From: an uncultured Alphaproteobacteria bacterium
GTDB lineage: Bacteria > Pseudomonadota > Alphaproteobacteria > Methylaequorales > Methylaequoraceae
Assembly: GCA_902563305.1 (NCBI GenBank)
Contig: CACEWP010000002.1
Location: forward strand, 87,066 to 151,065
Direction of reading: 5' to 3'
DNA: 64,000 nucleotides
The notes under the pieces were generated by a model, which worked only from the letters and a program-made list of their open reading frames with translations, was not told where the DNA came from and made no database searches. How positions within the stretch are numbered: position 1 is the first letter of the stretch; every line of letters starts with the position of its first letter. Positions 19,997-30,611 of the stretch are shown here, one piece after another. The translations under genes and the position numbers were made by a program.

Positions 19997-20096
19997 AATT
20001 TTGTCTTTCCTTTTAAATGTACCATTTATTTATTTTGTATTTAAAAAAAAAATTTAAAGTAATATATTTAATACTACTTAAAATTTAAATTGCAAA

Positions 20097-21752
20097 ATGA
20101 AATTTAAAATCATAAATGGAATATTATACGACCCCACACAAAATATTAATGAAAAAATTCAAGACATATACGTTGAAGATGGTTTAATTATTAATCCATC
20201 TCCTTCTGAAGTATCTAAATTTAAAAACATCTATGATGCGAGCGGAATGATTGTGATGGCAGGAGCTATTGATATTCATTCACATATTGCAGGAGGCAAT
20301 GTTAATAATGCAAGGTTGTTATCCCCAGAGATCCATTCTAATTTTCTAGAGCATAATCTTTTTAGAAAAAAAATACTTCCAAGTTTTAATTCTAGGTGGA
20401 CGTCTGAGGGAACTGGTTACAGATATGCAGAAATGGGTTTTACAACTGTAATTGAACCTGCAGTTTTACCCATAAACTCTTTTTTAACTCAGCTAGAACT
20501 TGAAAAAATTCCTATGATAGATAAAGGATGTTTAGGAATAGTTGGTAATGATAACTTTCTACTCAATGCGTTAAATAAAAAAAAAGGTCAATCTTATATT
20601 GATGATTATGTGGCATGGAATATAAATTCAGCGAAGTGTATAGGTCTTAAAGTGATAAATGCAGGAGGAACAGAATTATTTAAATTTACCGGAGAATCTG
20701 AATCATTCAGTTTAGACGATATAGTCCCAGAATATGGAGTAAGCTCAAGAAGGATTCTTGAATCACTTAATATTGCAAATGAAAATCTCAATATACCTCA
20801 TCCAATTCATGTCCATTGCAATAATTTGGGTATGGCTGGTAATGTAAAGTCAATTATAGATACAATTGATGCAGCTCAGGGAAGGAGAATGCATTTAGCC
20901 CATATTCAATTTTATGGTTATGGAAATAAAGGAAAGAAAGGCTTTTCATCAGGTGCACAAGAGCTAGCTGAAAAAGTTAATAAAAATAGAAATATATCTG
21001 TAGATATTGGTCAAGTTATGTTTAAACCGACAATTACAATCTCATCAGATATTTGGAAGCAAAATCAAGCAAAATCAAATGCTAATCCGAATAAATGGAT
21101 CATATCTGAAGTTGAAGATGGTGGTGGAGGTATTATTCCATATGAATATAAAGAAAAGAATTTTGTAAATGCACTTCAATGGACAATTGGATTAGAACTT
21201 TTTTTATTAATAAAAGATCCATGGAGAGTTTTTTTAACAACAGACCATCCTAACGGAGCTCCATTTACTTCCTACCCGGAATTGATAAGATTACTAATGG
21301 ATAAAGATTTTAGAAATTCTGAAATTGATAGAATTAATCCTCTCGCCAAAGAAATAAGTAATCTTAAATCTATTAAAAGAACTTACAGTTTTTATGAAAT
21401 TGCAATCATGACGAGGGCTGCACCAGCAAAGATACTTGGTTTAAAAGATAGAGGGTCATTAAAGCCTAACTCAGTAGCTGATATATCTATTTACGATCCA
21501 AATAAACCTATTGATCAAATGTTTAGAAATGCTGAATATGTTTTTAAAAATGGAGTAGAGATTGTGAAAAAAGGAAAAGTTTTAAAATATTATAAAACTT
21601 CAACAAAATGTCTTGAGATAAACTATGATTTTAAAATTCATAAAAATATACGAGATTGGTTTGATAATTATTATTCACTAAGTTTAGATGAATTTCAAAT
21701 TGATGAGAATTTTTTTAGTGAGAATAACTTCCAAGTTATAAATAAAATATAA
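20097..21752 (+). CDS. fhcA: Formyltransferase/hydrolase complex subunit A (formylmethanofuran dehydrogenase subunit A family)
   Basis: DIHSHIAGG, YAEMGFTT..EPA, GLKVINAGG, HVHCNNLG, HLAHIQF, QWTIGLEL, TTDHPNGAPF, IAIMTRAAPA. Confidence 0.92.
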   Translation: MKFKIINGILYDPTQNINEKIQDIYVEDGLIINPSPSEVSKFKNIYDASGMIVMAGAIDIHSHIAGGNVNNARLLSPEIHSNFLEHNLFRKKILPSFNSRWTSEGTGYRYAEMGFTTVIEPAVLPINSFLTQLELEKIPMIDKGCLGIVGNDNFLLNALNKKKGQSYIDDYVAWNINSAKCIGLKVINAGGTELFKFTGESESFSLDDIVPEYGVSSRRILESLNIANENLNIPHPIHVHCNNLGMAGNVKSIIDTIDAAQGRRMHLAHIQFYGYGNKGKKGFSSGAQELAEKVNKNRNISVDIGQVMFKPTITISSDIWKQNQAKSNANPNKWIISEVEDGGGGIIPYEYKEKNFVNALQWTIGLELFLLIKDPWRVFLTTDHPNGAPFTSYPELIRLLMDKDFRNSEIDRINPLAKEISNLKSIKRTYSFYEIAIMTRAAPAKILGLKDRGSLKPNSVADISIYDPNKPIDQMFRNAEYVFKNGVEIVKKGKVLKYYKTSTKCLEINYDFKIHKNIRDWFDNYYSLSLDEFQIDENFFSENNFQVINKI

Positions 21753-21754
21753 GA

Positions 21755-24700
21755 CTAGTCTTTATCTATTATTTTAAAGAAGAAAGGTGTTACAAATAAG
21801 GTTAATATAATTGAAAAAATTATACCAGTTACCAAAACTATACCAATTGTTAACCTAGATTCATAACCTGCACCAGAACCTATTACTAGTGGAATAATTC
21901 CGATAACAGTTGAAAAACCTGTCATTACAACTGGTCTAAATCTCATCTTACATGCATTTATAAGAGCATTATATGAATTTTCTCCTTTTCTTTTTATTTG
22001 CCTTGCAAACTCAACTATCAGGATTCCATTCTTAGCTGAAATTCCGGTTAATATAATCAGTCCTATTTGGCTAAAAATATTTAAGGAATTATTAAAGAAA
22101 TATATTGCAGCTAATGGAGCTATTAATGTTAAAGGAACGGATAGCATTATTATAAAAGGAAATTTATAACTTTCAAATTGTGCACACAAAACTAAGTAAA
22201 CAAATAAGATTGACACTAAAAATAAAAAATAGAATTGACTCATAGATTTCTTATATTCTTTACTTTGTCCTTTAAAATCAATTTTATAATTTCCCGTAAA
22301 TTTTTCTTTAGACACACTCTCTAAGTAATTTATTGCTTCCCCAAGTGAATAACCTTTTTTTAATCCTGCGCTCAATGTAATTGATCTCATCTTATTATAC
22401 CTATTTAACTCTTTAGCCTCATTTACCTCTTTAAACTCTAATAGATTATCTAGTCTGATATATTTACCATCTTCAGTTTTCACCTCAAAAACTCCAATAT
22501 CTCTTATATTTTTTCTTTTATCCTTTTTAGCTTGAACTATAACGTAGTACTCCTCACCATTTTCTATGAAAGTATTGATTTTTCGACCTGCAAGAAGTAT
22601 TTCAAGGGTCCTACCGATTTCATTATTTGAAACTCTTAGGTCGGATGCTTTATTTCTATCAATATTGATTTTAAATTGTGGTCTATTTTTTTTATAGTCA
22701 ATTCTTGTGAAAAGAAAGTTTTTATTTTGCTTTAATTCTTCTAAAATTATTTTCATATTTTCGTTAATATTTTCATATTCATCACCGGATATAACAAATT
22801 GTAGTTGTTGACCTGACCTTCTTTGACCCAAACCCCTTGGAGGAAAAATTATCACTTTTGAATCTGTGATATCTTTGGAGATATTTTTAAATTCTTCAAT
22901 AATATCCCAAATTTTTCTTCTATAATCCCAATGATTTAGTACTATTATACCCAGTCCATCGCTAAAATTTTCTGTTCCTGAAAAACTTCTAGGTACTCTT
23001 AGAAGAATTCTTTTAGCTTCGTTATTTTCATTGAATTTAATAAGTTTATTTTCTAATTTAAGCATTTGGTTAACCGTATTTTCAAAAGTAGTACCCTCTG
23101 GGGATTCCATAACCATAATAAAAACACCTCGATCCTCTTGTGGAGCGAATTCTTTTGGTATTGTCTTATAAAGATAAAAAGATGTAAGGATTATTGGGAT
23201 AATAATAATTGTGTAGAAAAGCTTATTATTTAAAAGAAATTTTAAGAAATTTATATAAGTTGTTTCAATCATGCGAGATTGTTTCTTCTTTGAAGAGAAA
23301 TTTAATAATTTTGAACATAGCATTGGTGTTAGTGATAAAGAGATAAACGTTGAGAAAAAGACAGCTGAAATAATTGTTATTGCTAATTCCAAAAATAATT
23401 TTGCAGTATCACCTTCTAAAAAAATTATAGGCATAAAGATACTTATAAGTACAATAGAAGTTGAAATAATTGCGAATAATACTTCCTTGGATCCGTTAAT
23501 TGCTGCATTAAATTTAGATTCACCTGCTTCGATTTTTTTATGAATATTTTCTAACATAACTATTGAATCATCAATGACTAAGCCAGTACATAATACTAAA
23601 GCTAATAAGGTTATTAAATTTATTGAAAAACCAAAAAAATTAAGAAAAATAAATGTCGATAAAATTGAAATAGGAACGGTTACAACAGGAATTATTGTGC
23701 TTTTGAAATTTTTAAGAAAGATTAGAATTATTATTGTAACTAGGAGCATTGCAAAGCATAAGGTAAAAATCACTTCTTCAAGAGCCTCCGATACAAAAAG
23801 AGAGGTGTCGTAACTTTGATAAATTTTAATATTTTCTGGAAGTTCTTTTTGAATTCTATGAAACTCTTCTTTGATCCTATCCGTTACCTCGATAAGATTT
23901 GCTGATTTTTGCTTTAAAATACCAAGTCCGATCATTTCCTCTGCATTTCCTCTGAAAATTTGCCGTGTTTCTTCGGGACCTAACTCAATTTTAGCAACAT
24001 CACCTAACCTAACGAAGGAGAAATCATCAACTTTTTTTATAACTAAATTTTTAAAGTCATTAACACTAGTATATCCACTCTCTAGTTTTACAGTATAATC
24101 TCTATATTTAGATTCTATTCTCCCAGCAGGGACTTCAACATTTTCGCTTAAGATTTTTTGTTCTACTTCATTCACAGAAATTTCATATTGAGATAGTTTT
24201 ATAGGATCAACCCAGATTCTTAGTGATTTTTTTTTACCTCCAGAAATTCTTACTTTTGCAACACCAGGAATAACTGAAAGTCTATCGACTAAAAATCTTT
24301 CTGCATAATCAGTAAGCTCAAGTTGACTAATATCATTAGAAGTTAAATTTAGCCACATAATAGCATTTGAATCTGAATCAATTTTTGAAATTTCAGGGAC
24401 TTCAGCATCTTTAGGTAGATTGTCTGAAATTCTTGCAACAGCGTCTCTTACATCATTTGCTGCTTCATTTATTTCTTTATCAATTTTAAACTCTATAGTG
24501 ATCTTCGATCTTCCGTCTCTACTTACTGAAGAAATAGATTCAATTCCATCAATACCACTTATTTGACCCTCAATAATTTCAGTTATTTTTGTTTCTATTA
24601 TTTCAGAAGCAGCTCCAGGATATAATGTATCAATTGTTATTTCTGATCTTTCGATATCCGGAAATTGTCGAAGTGGTAGTTCCTTCAGAGATAGAAAACC

Positions 24701-24772
24701 AAGAATTATTAGGAAAATTGAAAGTACAGAACAAAAAACTGGTTTTTTAATAAAAAACTCTGATAAATTCAT
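21755..24772 (-). CDS. RND efflux permease (AcrB/AcrD/AcrF family)
   Basis: LPLRQFPDI, GLVIDDSIVMLENI, SLTPMLCS, AQFES, KNGILIVEFA, RFRPVVMT. Confidence 0.93.
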   Translation of the reverse strand: MNLSEFFIKKPVFCSVLSIFLIILGFLSLKELPLRQFPDIERSEITIDTLYPGAASEIIETKITEIIEGQISGIDGIESISSVSRDGRSKITIEFKIDKEINEAANDVRDAVARISDNLPKDAEVPEISKIDSDSNAIMWLNLTSNDISQLELTDYAERFLVDRLSVIPGVAKVRISGGKKKSLRIWVDPIKLSQYEISVNEVEQKILSENVEVPAGRIESKYRDYTVKLESGYTSVNDFKNLVIKKVDDFSFVRLGDVAKIELGPEETRQIFRGNAEEMIGLGILKQKSANLIEVTDRIKEEFHRIQKELPENIKIYQSYDTSLFVSEALEEVIFTLCFAMLLVTIIILIFLKNFKSTIIPVVTVPISILSTFIFLNFFGFSINLITLLALVLCTGLVIDDSIVMLENIHKKIEAGESKFNAAINGSKEVLFAIISTSIVLISIFMPIIFLEGDTAKLFLELAITIISAVFFSTFISLSLTPMLCSKLLNFSSKKKQSRMIETTYINFLKFLLNNKLFYTIIIIPIILTSFYLYKTIPKEFAPQEDRGVFIMVMESPEGTTFENTVNQMLKLENKLIKFNENNEAKRILLRVPRSFSGTENFSDGLGIIVLNHWDYRRKIWDIIEEFKNISKDITDSKVIIFPPRGLGQRRSGQQLQFVISGDEYENINENMKIILEELKQNKNFLFTRIDYKKNRPQFKINIDRNKASDLRVSNNEIGRTLEILLAGRKINTFIENGEEYYVIVQAKKDKRKNIRDIGVFEVKTEDGKYIRLDNLLEFKEVNEAKELNRYNKMRSITLSAGLKKGYSLGEAINYLESVSKEKFTGNYKIDFKGQSKEYKKSMSQFYFLFLVSILFVYLVLCAQFESYKFPFIIMLSVPLTLIAPLAAIYFFNNSLNIFSQIGLIILTGISAKNGILIVEFARQIKRKGENSYNALINACKMRFRPVVMTGFSTVIGIIPLVIGSGAGYESRLTIGIVLVTGIIFSIILTLFVTPFFFKIIDKD

Positions 24773-25770
24773 TTTAGTTTAACCACCGAACCTTCTTTAA
24801 TTTTGTTTATTCCCTCATAAATAACATTGTCGTTAGGTTTAAGCCCCTCAAGAATTTCAATCATACCATCTTCTTTGATACCTACTTTAACTTTTTTTTT
24901 AGTAACTTGATTTTTATTATTTACTAAATAAACATAGGCAATATCATCTTTATTGATAATAGCATTTTCTCTGATAACATATGAAATCCTACTTTCTAAG
25001 GGCATTTTTAGATTTACCATCATTCCTGGTTTGATTTTGTTATTTTTATTTTTTATTTTTCCTAAAACTTTAAATGATCTTGATGTTTTATCAATTACAG
25101 GATCGATAACATAAATATTCCCACTTATATTTTTTGGAATATTTGTTCCAGGGTCTAAAAAAAAAACATCATTTAGTTTAACTTTATTTGAAAAATTTTC
25201 AGGTATATAAACTTGAATTTTAAGTGTTTTGATATCATGTAGTTCTGTTATTACATCACCAGGTTTTACAAATGATCCTTCACTAAAATTTCTTATTCCA
25301 GTATAACCATCAAAGGGAGCTTTTATTTTATGATCTTCAATTTTTGCCATTATTTCTTGAACTTTTCCTGATAACTTTTTCTTACTCATCAATCTATTAT
25401 CTAGAATAGATTTTGAAATATTACCCTTCTCAGACAATTTAAGTGCTCTTTCATAATTTATGTTTGCTTCTTCGAGTTCTGCTCTCACTTGGGCGAGAGT
25501 TGCGTATTCCTCATCATCTATTAATTCAATAAGTAATTCATTTTTTTTTACAAATTTTCCCTCCTCAAATATTATTTTTTTTATTTTTTCAGAGACTACA
25601 CTAGTTATCTTAACGCTTTCATTGGCTAATACAGTTCCAGGAAGTTCTATAATATCCGAGATTTCTCTAGATTCTGGTTTTTGAGCACCAACAATAATTG
25701 GTGTTTGTGCATAAACTTGACCAAAATAAATAAGACATAAAGTATAAAGTTTTATTAAATTTAGTTTCAT
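24769..25770 (-). CDS. RND periplasmic adaptor (membrane fusion protein)
   Basis: GTVLANESV, IKAPFDG, IKPGM; overlaps RND permease. Confidence 0.9.
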   Translation of the reverse strand: MKLNLIKLYTLCLIYFGQVYAQTPIIVGAQKPESREISDIIELPGTVLANESVKITSVVSEKIKKIIFEEGKFVKKNELLIELIDDEEYATLAQVRAELEEANINYERALKLSEKGNISKSILDNRLMSKKKLSGKVQEIMAKIEDHKIKAPFDGYTGIRNFSEGSFVKPGDVITELHDIKTLKIQVYIPENFSNKVKLNDVFFLDPGTNIPKNISGNIYVIDPVIDKTSRSFKVLGKIKNKNNKIKPGMMVNLKMPLESRISYVIRENAIINKDDIAYVYLVNNKNQVTKKKVKVGIKEDGMIEILEGLKPNDNVIYEGINKIKEGSVVKLK

Positions 25771-26420
25771 ACATTCCTAAGTTTTTTGATTATATTTTTA
25801 TAAGATTGACATTTAAAAATTGTTGAACCTGAAACTAAAATATTAGCTCCTGCTTCAATTGATGATTTGGCAGTATTTAAATCTATACCTCCATCAACTT
25901 CTATATCAATTTTTCTATTTCCTATCATTTTTTTTATAAGCTTGATTTTCTCTAATTGTTCAATCATAAATTTTTGACCACCAAAACCTGGTTCTACAGT
26001 CATAACTAATATTAAATCAACATGATTTATGTACTTTTCAACTATATTTGCGGGTGTTCCAGGTTTTATTGAAATACCGGCCTTCTTTTTTAATTTTTTG
26101 ACTAACAATATTGAATCTAAAGTATCTTCATTTATCTCATGATGGATTGTAATAATATCTGCTCCTGCATTAACAAAGTCTGGAATATATTTCTTTACTG
26201 GATCAATCATAAGGTGTACATCAAAAATCTTCTCAGAAAATTTTCTTATAGATTTTACTACATTAGCTCCAATAGTTATATTTGGAACAAAGTGACCATC
26301 CATAACATCGATATGTATATAGTCACAACCAGCTTTATCTAGATCATAGATTTCTTTGCCAAGCTTTGAAAAATCTGCAGAGAGGATAGATGGTGCAATT
26401 TTCACCTTATCACTCGTCAT
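25767..26420 (-). CDS. rpe: Ribulose-phosphate 3-epimerase
   Basis: IAPSILSADF, HIDVMDGHFVPN, MTVEPGFGGQ, EVDGG. Confidence 0.97.
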   Translation of the reverse strand: MTSDKVKIAPSILSADFSKLGKEIYDLDKAGCDYIHIDVMDGHFVPNITIGANVVKSIRKFSEKIFDVHLMIDPVKKYIPDFVNAGADIITIHHEINEDTLDSILLVKKLKKKAGISIKPGTPANIVEKYINHVDLILVMTVEPGFGGQKFMIEQLEKIKLIKKMIGNRKIDIEVDGGIDLNTAKSSIEAGANILVSGSTIFKCQSYKNIIKKLRNV

Positions 26421-26428
26421 AACTATAT

Positions 26429-27448
26429 TTACTCGAGGTCTCTTGAATATTCACCATTCGTTGCGCTGGAATTTAATTTACTTCTTTTATATAAAGCTTC
26501 TTGAGAACTTGCAATATTTTGGTCATTTCCTTGCCATGAAACTAAAGTAGGTTGTTGCAGTGCTCTTCCGTAAGAAAAACTTAAGTTCCATGGGAGGTCC
26601 GTGTAAGATTTATTCATTTCGTTGAGATGCTCTGTTGCCAATTCGTTTGACTGTCCCCCAGAAAGAAAAACAATTCCTGGCACCTCATCTGGGACATTTT
26701 CTTTTAAACATTTAACTGTCATCGATGCAACTTCAGATATTGATGCTTGTTTAGCGCATTTTTTACCTGAAATAACCATATTTGGTTTTAATAAAATACC
26801 ATTAAGGGAAACTTCCTGATTATTTAAATGCTTAAAAAGAGATCTCTGTGTTTTGGAAGTTACCTCATAGCATTTATTAATATCATGTGAACCGTCCATA
26901 AGCACCTCTGGTTCAACAATAGGAACTAACCCATGATTCTGAACAATTCTTGCATATCTTGCTAAGTTAAATGAGTTTAAATCAATCGCATAATCTGATG
27001 GAACTTTGTTATTTTCATCTATGTCTATTATTGCTCTCCATTTTGTAAAAACTGCCCCAAGGTTTTTATATTCCTTTAATCTTTCACCTAGACCATCAAT
27101 TCCTTCAGTTACTTTTTCAGGCGAACTTGGAAAAATTGGAATGGCTCCAGTGTCAACTTTAATTCCAGGCATTATTCCAATTTCATTTAAAAACTTTCCA
27201 AAAGGAATATTTTCAGAAGTTGATTGACGAATTGTTTCATCATATAGAATTACACCGCTAATAAATTTATTCAGTTCCTTCGTTTTAAAAAGTAACTCTC
27301 TATATTTTCTTCTATTTTCAAAAGATGATTCTACATTTATGTCACTAAATCTTTTGGTTATTGTATTCGTGCTTTCATCAGCAGCCAAGATACCTTTAGG
27401 AGCTTCTGAGAGTTTAACTGCAACTTGATTTAATACTGTGTCATCCAT
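26429..27448 (-). CDS. fba: Fructose-bisphosphate aldolase class I
   Basis: KGILAADES, KWRA, PIVEPEV, LLKPNM, FLSGGQ, FSYGRALQ. Confidence 0.95.
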   Translation of the reverse strand: MDDTVLNQVAVKLSEAPKGILAADESTNTITKRFSDINVESSFENRRKYRELLFKTKELNKFISGVILYDETIRQSTSENIPFGKFLNEIGIMPGIKVDTGAIPIFPSSPEKVTEGIDGLGERLKEYKNLGAVFTKWRAIIDIDENNKVPSDYAIDLNSFNLARYARIVQNHGLVPIVEPEVLMDGSHDINKCYEVTSKTQRSLFKHLNNQEVSLNGILLKPNMVISGKKCAKQASISEVASMTVKCLKENVPDEVPGIVFLSGGQSNELATEHLNEMNKSYTDLPWNLSFSYGRALQQPTLVSWQGNDQNIASSQEALYKRSKLNSSATNGEYSRDLE

Positions 27449-27453
27449 AAAAT

Positions 27454-28647
27454 TTAATCGTTTAAGCTAGTTAAACCTGGCATTAGTGCGCCCTGAATAA
27501 ACTCTAAAAAAGCGCCACCACCGGTTGAAACAAATGAAAAATCATCAAAACAACTTGCTTGATTTAATATTGATATTGTATCACCACCTCCTGCTACAGA
27601 AAAGAAATTTTTTATTTTATTGGCTCTAATTGCCTGTAAAACAAAGATGGTACCTTCATCATATGGTTTTCTTTCAAAAAGACCAAGAGGACCATTCCAA
27701 AGGATAGTTTTTGTTTTTAAGATTTCATTATAAAAAAGCATTCTTGTTTGAGGTCCAATATCTAATATGAGATCGTTTTTACTAATATTTTCTTTATTTT
27801 TAGCAATAGGTTGGCTATCCATTTTTTTATTAGTCACAATAAAATCAAGTGGTAGTAAAATTTTATCGCCAAATTTTTCTATTATTTTATTTGAGAATTT
27901 AATCATTTTTTTTTCGTAAAGAGAAACTCCAATTTCATAACCTTGTGCACAACAAATAGTATTTGCCATAGCCCCTCCAATTAGTACCTTAGAAAACTTT
28001 CCTGCGTAAAATTCTAAGAGTTTAATCTTAGTTGAAATTTTAGATCCACCAAGTACTGCTAAACCATCAGTTTCATTTTGAACAAGAAAAAGATTTTTTA
28101 AATTTTGGATTTCATGTTCTAAAAGTTTACCTGGAAAAGATGGAAGATATTTTGGAATACCAGATATTGAGGCATGGTCTCTATGACTGCATGAAAAACA
28201 TTCATTTATGAAGATATCTGCAAGAGATGATATTTTTTTTACAAATTTATCCTCATTTTTTTCTTCTTCAGGGTAAAATCTGATATTTTCTAAAAGTAGA
28301 ATATCTACGTTCTTAAATTTTTCCTCAATATCATCTTTTTTTAATTTTTTAACATTAGTTGTAACTAATAATACCTTTTTTCCTATCAATACTTCTAATT
28401 CTTTTGCCACAGTGATTAATGATAAATCTTTATTCCAACTACCTTCTGGCCTTCCGAAATGAGATAAAAGAATAATCTTAGCTCTTTGCTCTAAAAGCTT
28501 TTTAATTGTAGGTAATATTTTTTTTATCCTAGTTGAGTCGACTATTTTCTCATCTTGAATTGGAACATTAAGATCCACTCTTAGTATGACTGTTTTATTA
28601 TATACAAAGTTGTAAGAATCAGAGAATTTTTTTTTTAAAGTAATCAT
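27454..28647 (-). CDS. pgk: Phosphoglycerate kinase
   Basis: RVDLNVP, SHFGRP, LLENIRF, WNGPLG.FE, GGGDT, STGGGAFLE. Confidence 0.95.
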   Translation of the reverse strand: MITLKKKFSDSYNFVYNKTVILRVDLNVPIQDEKIVDSTRIKKILPTIKKLLEQRAKIILLSHFGRPEGSWNKDLSLITVAKELEVLIGKKVLLVTTNVKKLKKDDIEEKFKNVDILLLENIRFYPEEEKNEDKFVKKISSLADIFINECFSCSHRDHASISGIPKYLPSFPGKLLEHEIQNLKNLFLVQNETDGLAVLGGSKISTKIKLLEFYAGKFSKVLIGGAMANTICCAQGYEIGVSLYEKKMIKFSNKIIEKFGDKILLPLDFIVTNKKMDSQPIAKNKENISKNDLILDIGPQTRMLFYNEILKTKTILWNGPLGLFERKPYDEGTIFVLQAIRANKIKNFFSVAGGGDTISILNQASCFDDFSFVSTGGGAFLEFIQGALMPGLTSLND

Positions 28648-30611
28648 GTGAAAAATTTTTTAATAATTTTGTTAGAGATTTTCTCTTTTGTGAATCCAAA
28701 ATGATTAAATAAATGCTCTGCTTTTCCTGATTCGCCAAATTCATCAATACTAAAAATTATATCATTTGAATTTATAAACTTATACCAACCTTGAGAAGAA
28801 GATGCTTCAATTACAACTCTTGGGTTATTACCTAATATCTTTTCCTTATATTTTTTATTTTGTTTTTCAAAAATTTCAACGCATGGCATGGAAACTAAGT
28901 TTGATTTAATTTTCTTTTTTTCTAAAATACTTTGTACATCTAATGCTAATGAAACTTCAGATCCACTAGCAATAAGAGTTAATCTTGCTTTTTTATTTTC
29001 ATTTAAAAAATACGCCCCCTTCATTGAAAGATTTTTTCTAAAGTTTCCTCTCACAAGAGGAACATTTTGTCTTGATAAAGCAAGAATTGAGGGTGTAGTT
29101 TGAGTGTTTAAAGCAATCTCCCAAGCTTCAAATGTTTCTATTGAATCACAAGGTCTAAAAACATTTATATTAGGAATTGCTCTTAACCCAGCTAAATGTT
29201 CTATAGGTTGATGAGTAGGACCATCTTCTCCTAATCCAATAGAATCATGTGTAAAAACATAAATAACCTGTTGTTTCATCATCGCTGATAGTCTGATTGC
29301 ATTCTTGCAGTAATCAGAAAAAACTAGAAAAGTTCCACCATATGGAATAAAACCACCATGAACTGCAATACCATTCATTGCTCCTGACATTAAATGTTCT
29401 CTCACACCATAGTGGATATAATTTTGATTTTTTCCCGTTAATTCAGAAGTCGAAACTTTTGTTAAGTTTGAACCAGTGAGATCTGCTGAACCACCTAATA
29501 GATTCATAATCTTTTTATTAAAAAATTCTAGTGTCTTCTGCGACGACTTTCTTGTTGCTTCTAAACTTTGGTTTTTAATAAGTTGTTTTAAAAATATAGA
29601 TGTTTCATTTGACCTACTTATACAATTTCTTTTCATTTGTTTAATTAATTCTTTTTTTTGAGAAGAGGCATTGAGTTTTTTATGCCAATTTTCTCTTAAC
29701 TTTTTGCCTTTGCCACCTATTTTTCTCCAGTCATTTAATATTTTTTTAGGTATTATAAATTCTTTACTTGACCAATTAAGTCTTTTTTTTGTAAGCTCAG
29801 TTTCAATCTTTCCCAGAGGTGCACCATGGGAACTTTCTTTACCAGACTTATTCGGGGAACCAAATCCGATAATAGTTTTACAAGAAATAAGTGAAGGTTT
29901 ATTAGATTTTAAAGCAATTTTTATAGCTTTGTCTATCTGATCAAAGTTGTGACCATCAATTGTGATAGTTTCCCAATTACTTGCTTCAAATCTTTTTTTT
30001 TGGTTGTCTGAACAAGTCATATCAGTTGAACCATCAATGGAAATTTTATTATCATCAAAAAGAACTATAAGTTTATTTAAATTTTTATGACCAGCAAATG
30101 AAATTGCTTCTTGAGAAATACCTTCCATTAAACATCCATCACCAACTATAACCCACGTTTTATGATCAATAAGATTTTTACCAAATTTTTTATTTAAAAT
30201 TTTCTCTGCTAATGCCATACCCACGCAATTTGCTAAACCTTGTCCAAGAGGACCAGTTGTTGTTTCAATACTTTTTAATAACCCGTATTCAGGATGACCT
30301 GCGGTTTTGCTTCCAAGCTGTCTGAAATTTTTAATTTGTTGTAGATTACAATCTTTATACCCAACTAGGTATGATATCGCATACAGTAACATAGAACCAT
30401 GCCCAGCTGATAAAACAAATCTATCTCTATTCAACCAATTTGGCATATTAGGGTCAAATTTAAGATATTTTGAGAATAGTACAGTTGCAACATCTGCCAT
30501 GCCAAGAGGCATTCCTGGATGACCTGAGTTTGCCTTCTCAATGGCATCGATTGAGAGCGCTCGAATGGCATTAGCCATATTTTGAAGTTTATTTATTTCT
30601 ATTTCATTCAT
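28644..30611 (-). CDS. tkt: Transketolase
   Basis: SGHPGMP, RDRFVLSAGH, GDGCLMEG, THDSIGLGEDGPTHQP. Confidence 0.97.
   Translation of the reverse strand: MNEIEINKLQNMANAIRALSIDAIEKANSGHPGMPLGMADVATVLFSKYLKFDPNMPNWLNRDRFVLSAGHGSMLLYAISYLVGYKDCNLQQIKNFRQLGSKTAGHPEYGLLKSIETTTGPLGQGLANCVGMALAEKILNKKFGKNLIDHKTWVIVGDGCLMEGISQEAISFAGHKNLNKLIVLFDDNKISIDGSTDMTCSDNQKKRFEASNWETITIDGHNFDQIDKAIKIALKSNKPSLISCKTIIGFGSPNKSGKESSHGAPLGKIETELTKKRLNWSSKEFIIPKKILNDWRKIGGKGKKLRENWHKKLNASSQKKELIKQMKRNCISRSNETSIFLKQLIKNQSLEATRKSSQKTLEFFNKKIMNLLGGSADLTGSNLTKVSTSELTGKNQNYIHYGVREHLMSGAMNGIAVHGGFIPYGGTFLVFSDYCKNAIRLSAMMKQQVIYVFTHDSIGLGEDGPTHQPIEHLAGLRAIPNINVFRPCDSIETFEAWEIALNTQTTPSILALSRQNVPLVRGNFRKNLSMKGAYFLNENKKARLTLIASGSEVSLALDVQSILEKKKIKSNLVSMPCVEIFEKQNKKYKEKILGNNPRVVIEASSSQGWYKFINSNDIIFSIDEFGESGKAEHLFNHFGFTKEKISNKIIKKFFT

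Noticed and set aside
25767..30611. Calvin cycle (cbb) operon
   Set aside because: No RuBisCO, phosphoribulokinase or cbbR in the window; the genes fit ordinary pentose-phosphate/gluconeogenic metabolism
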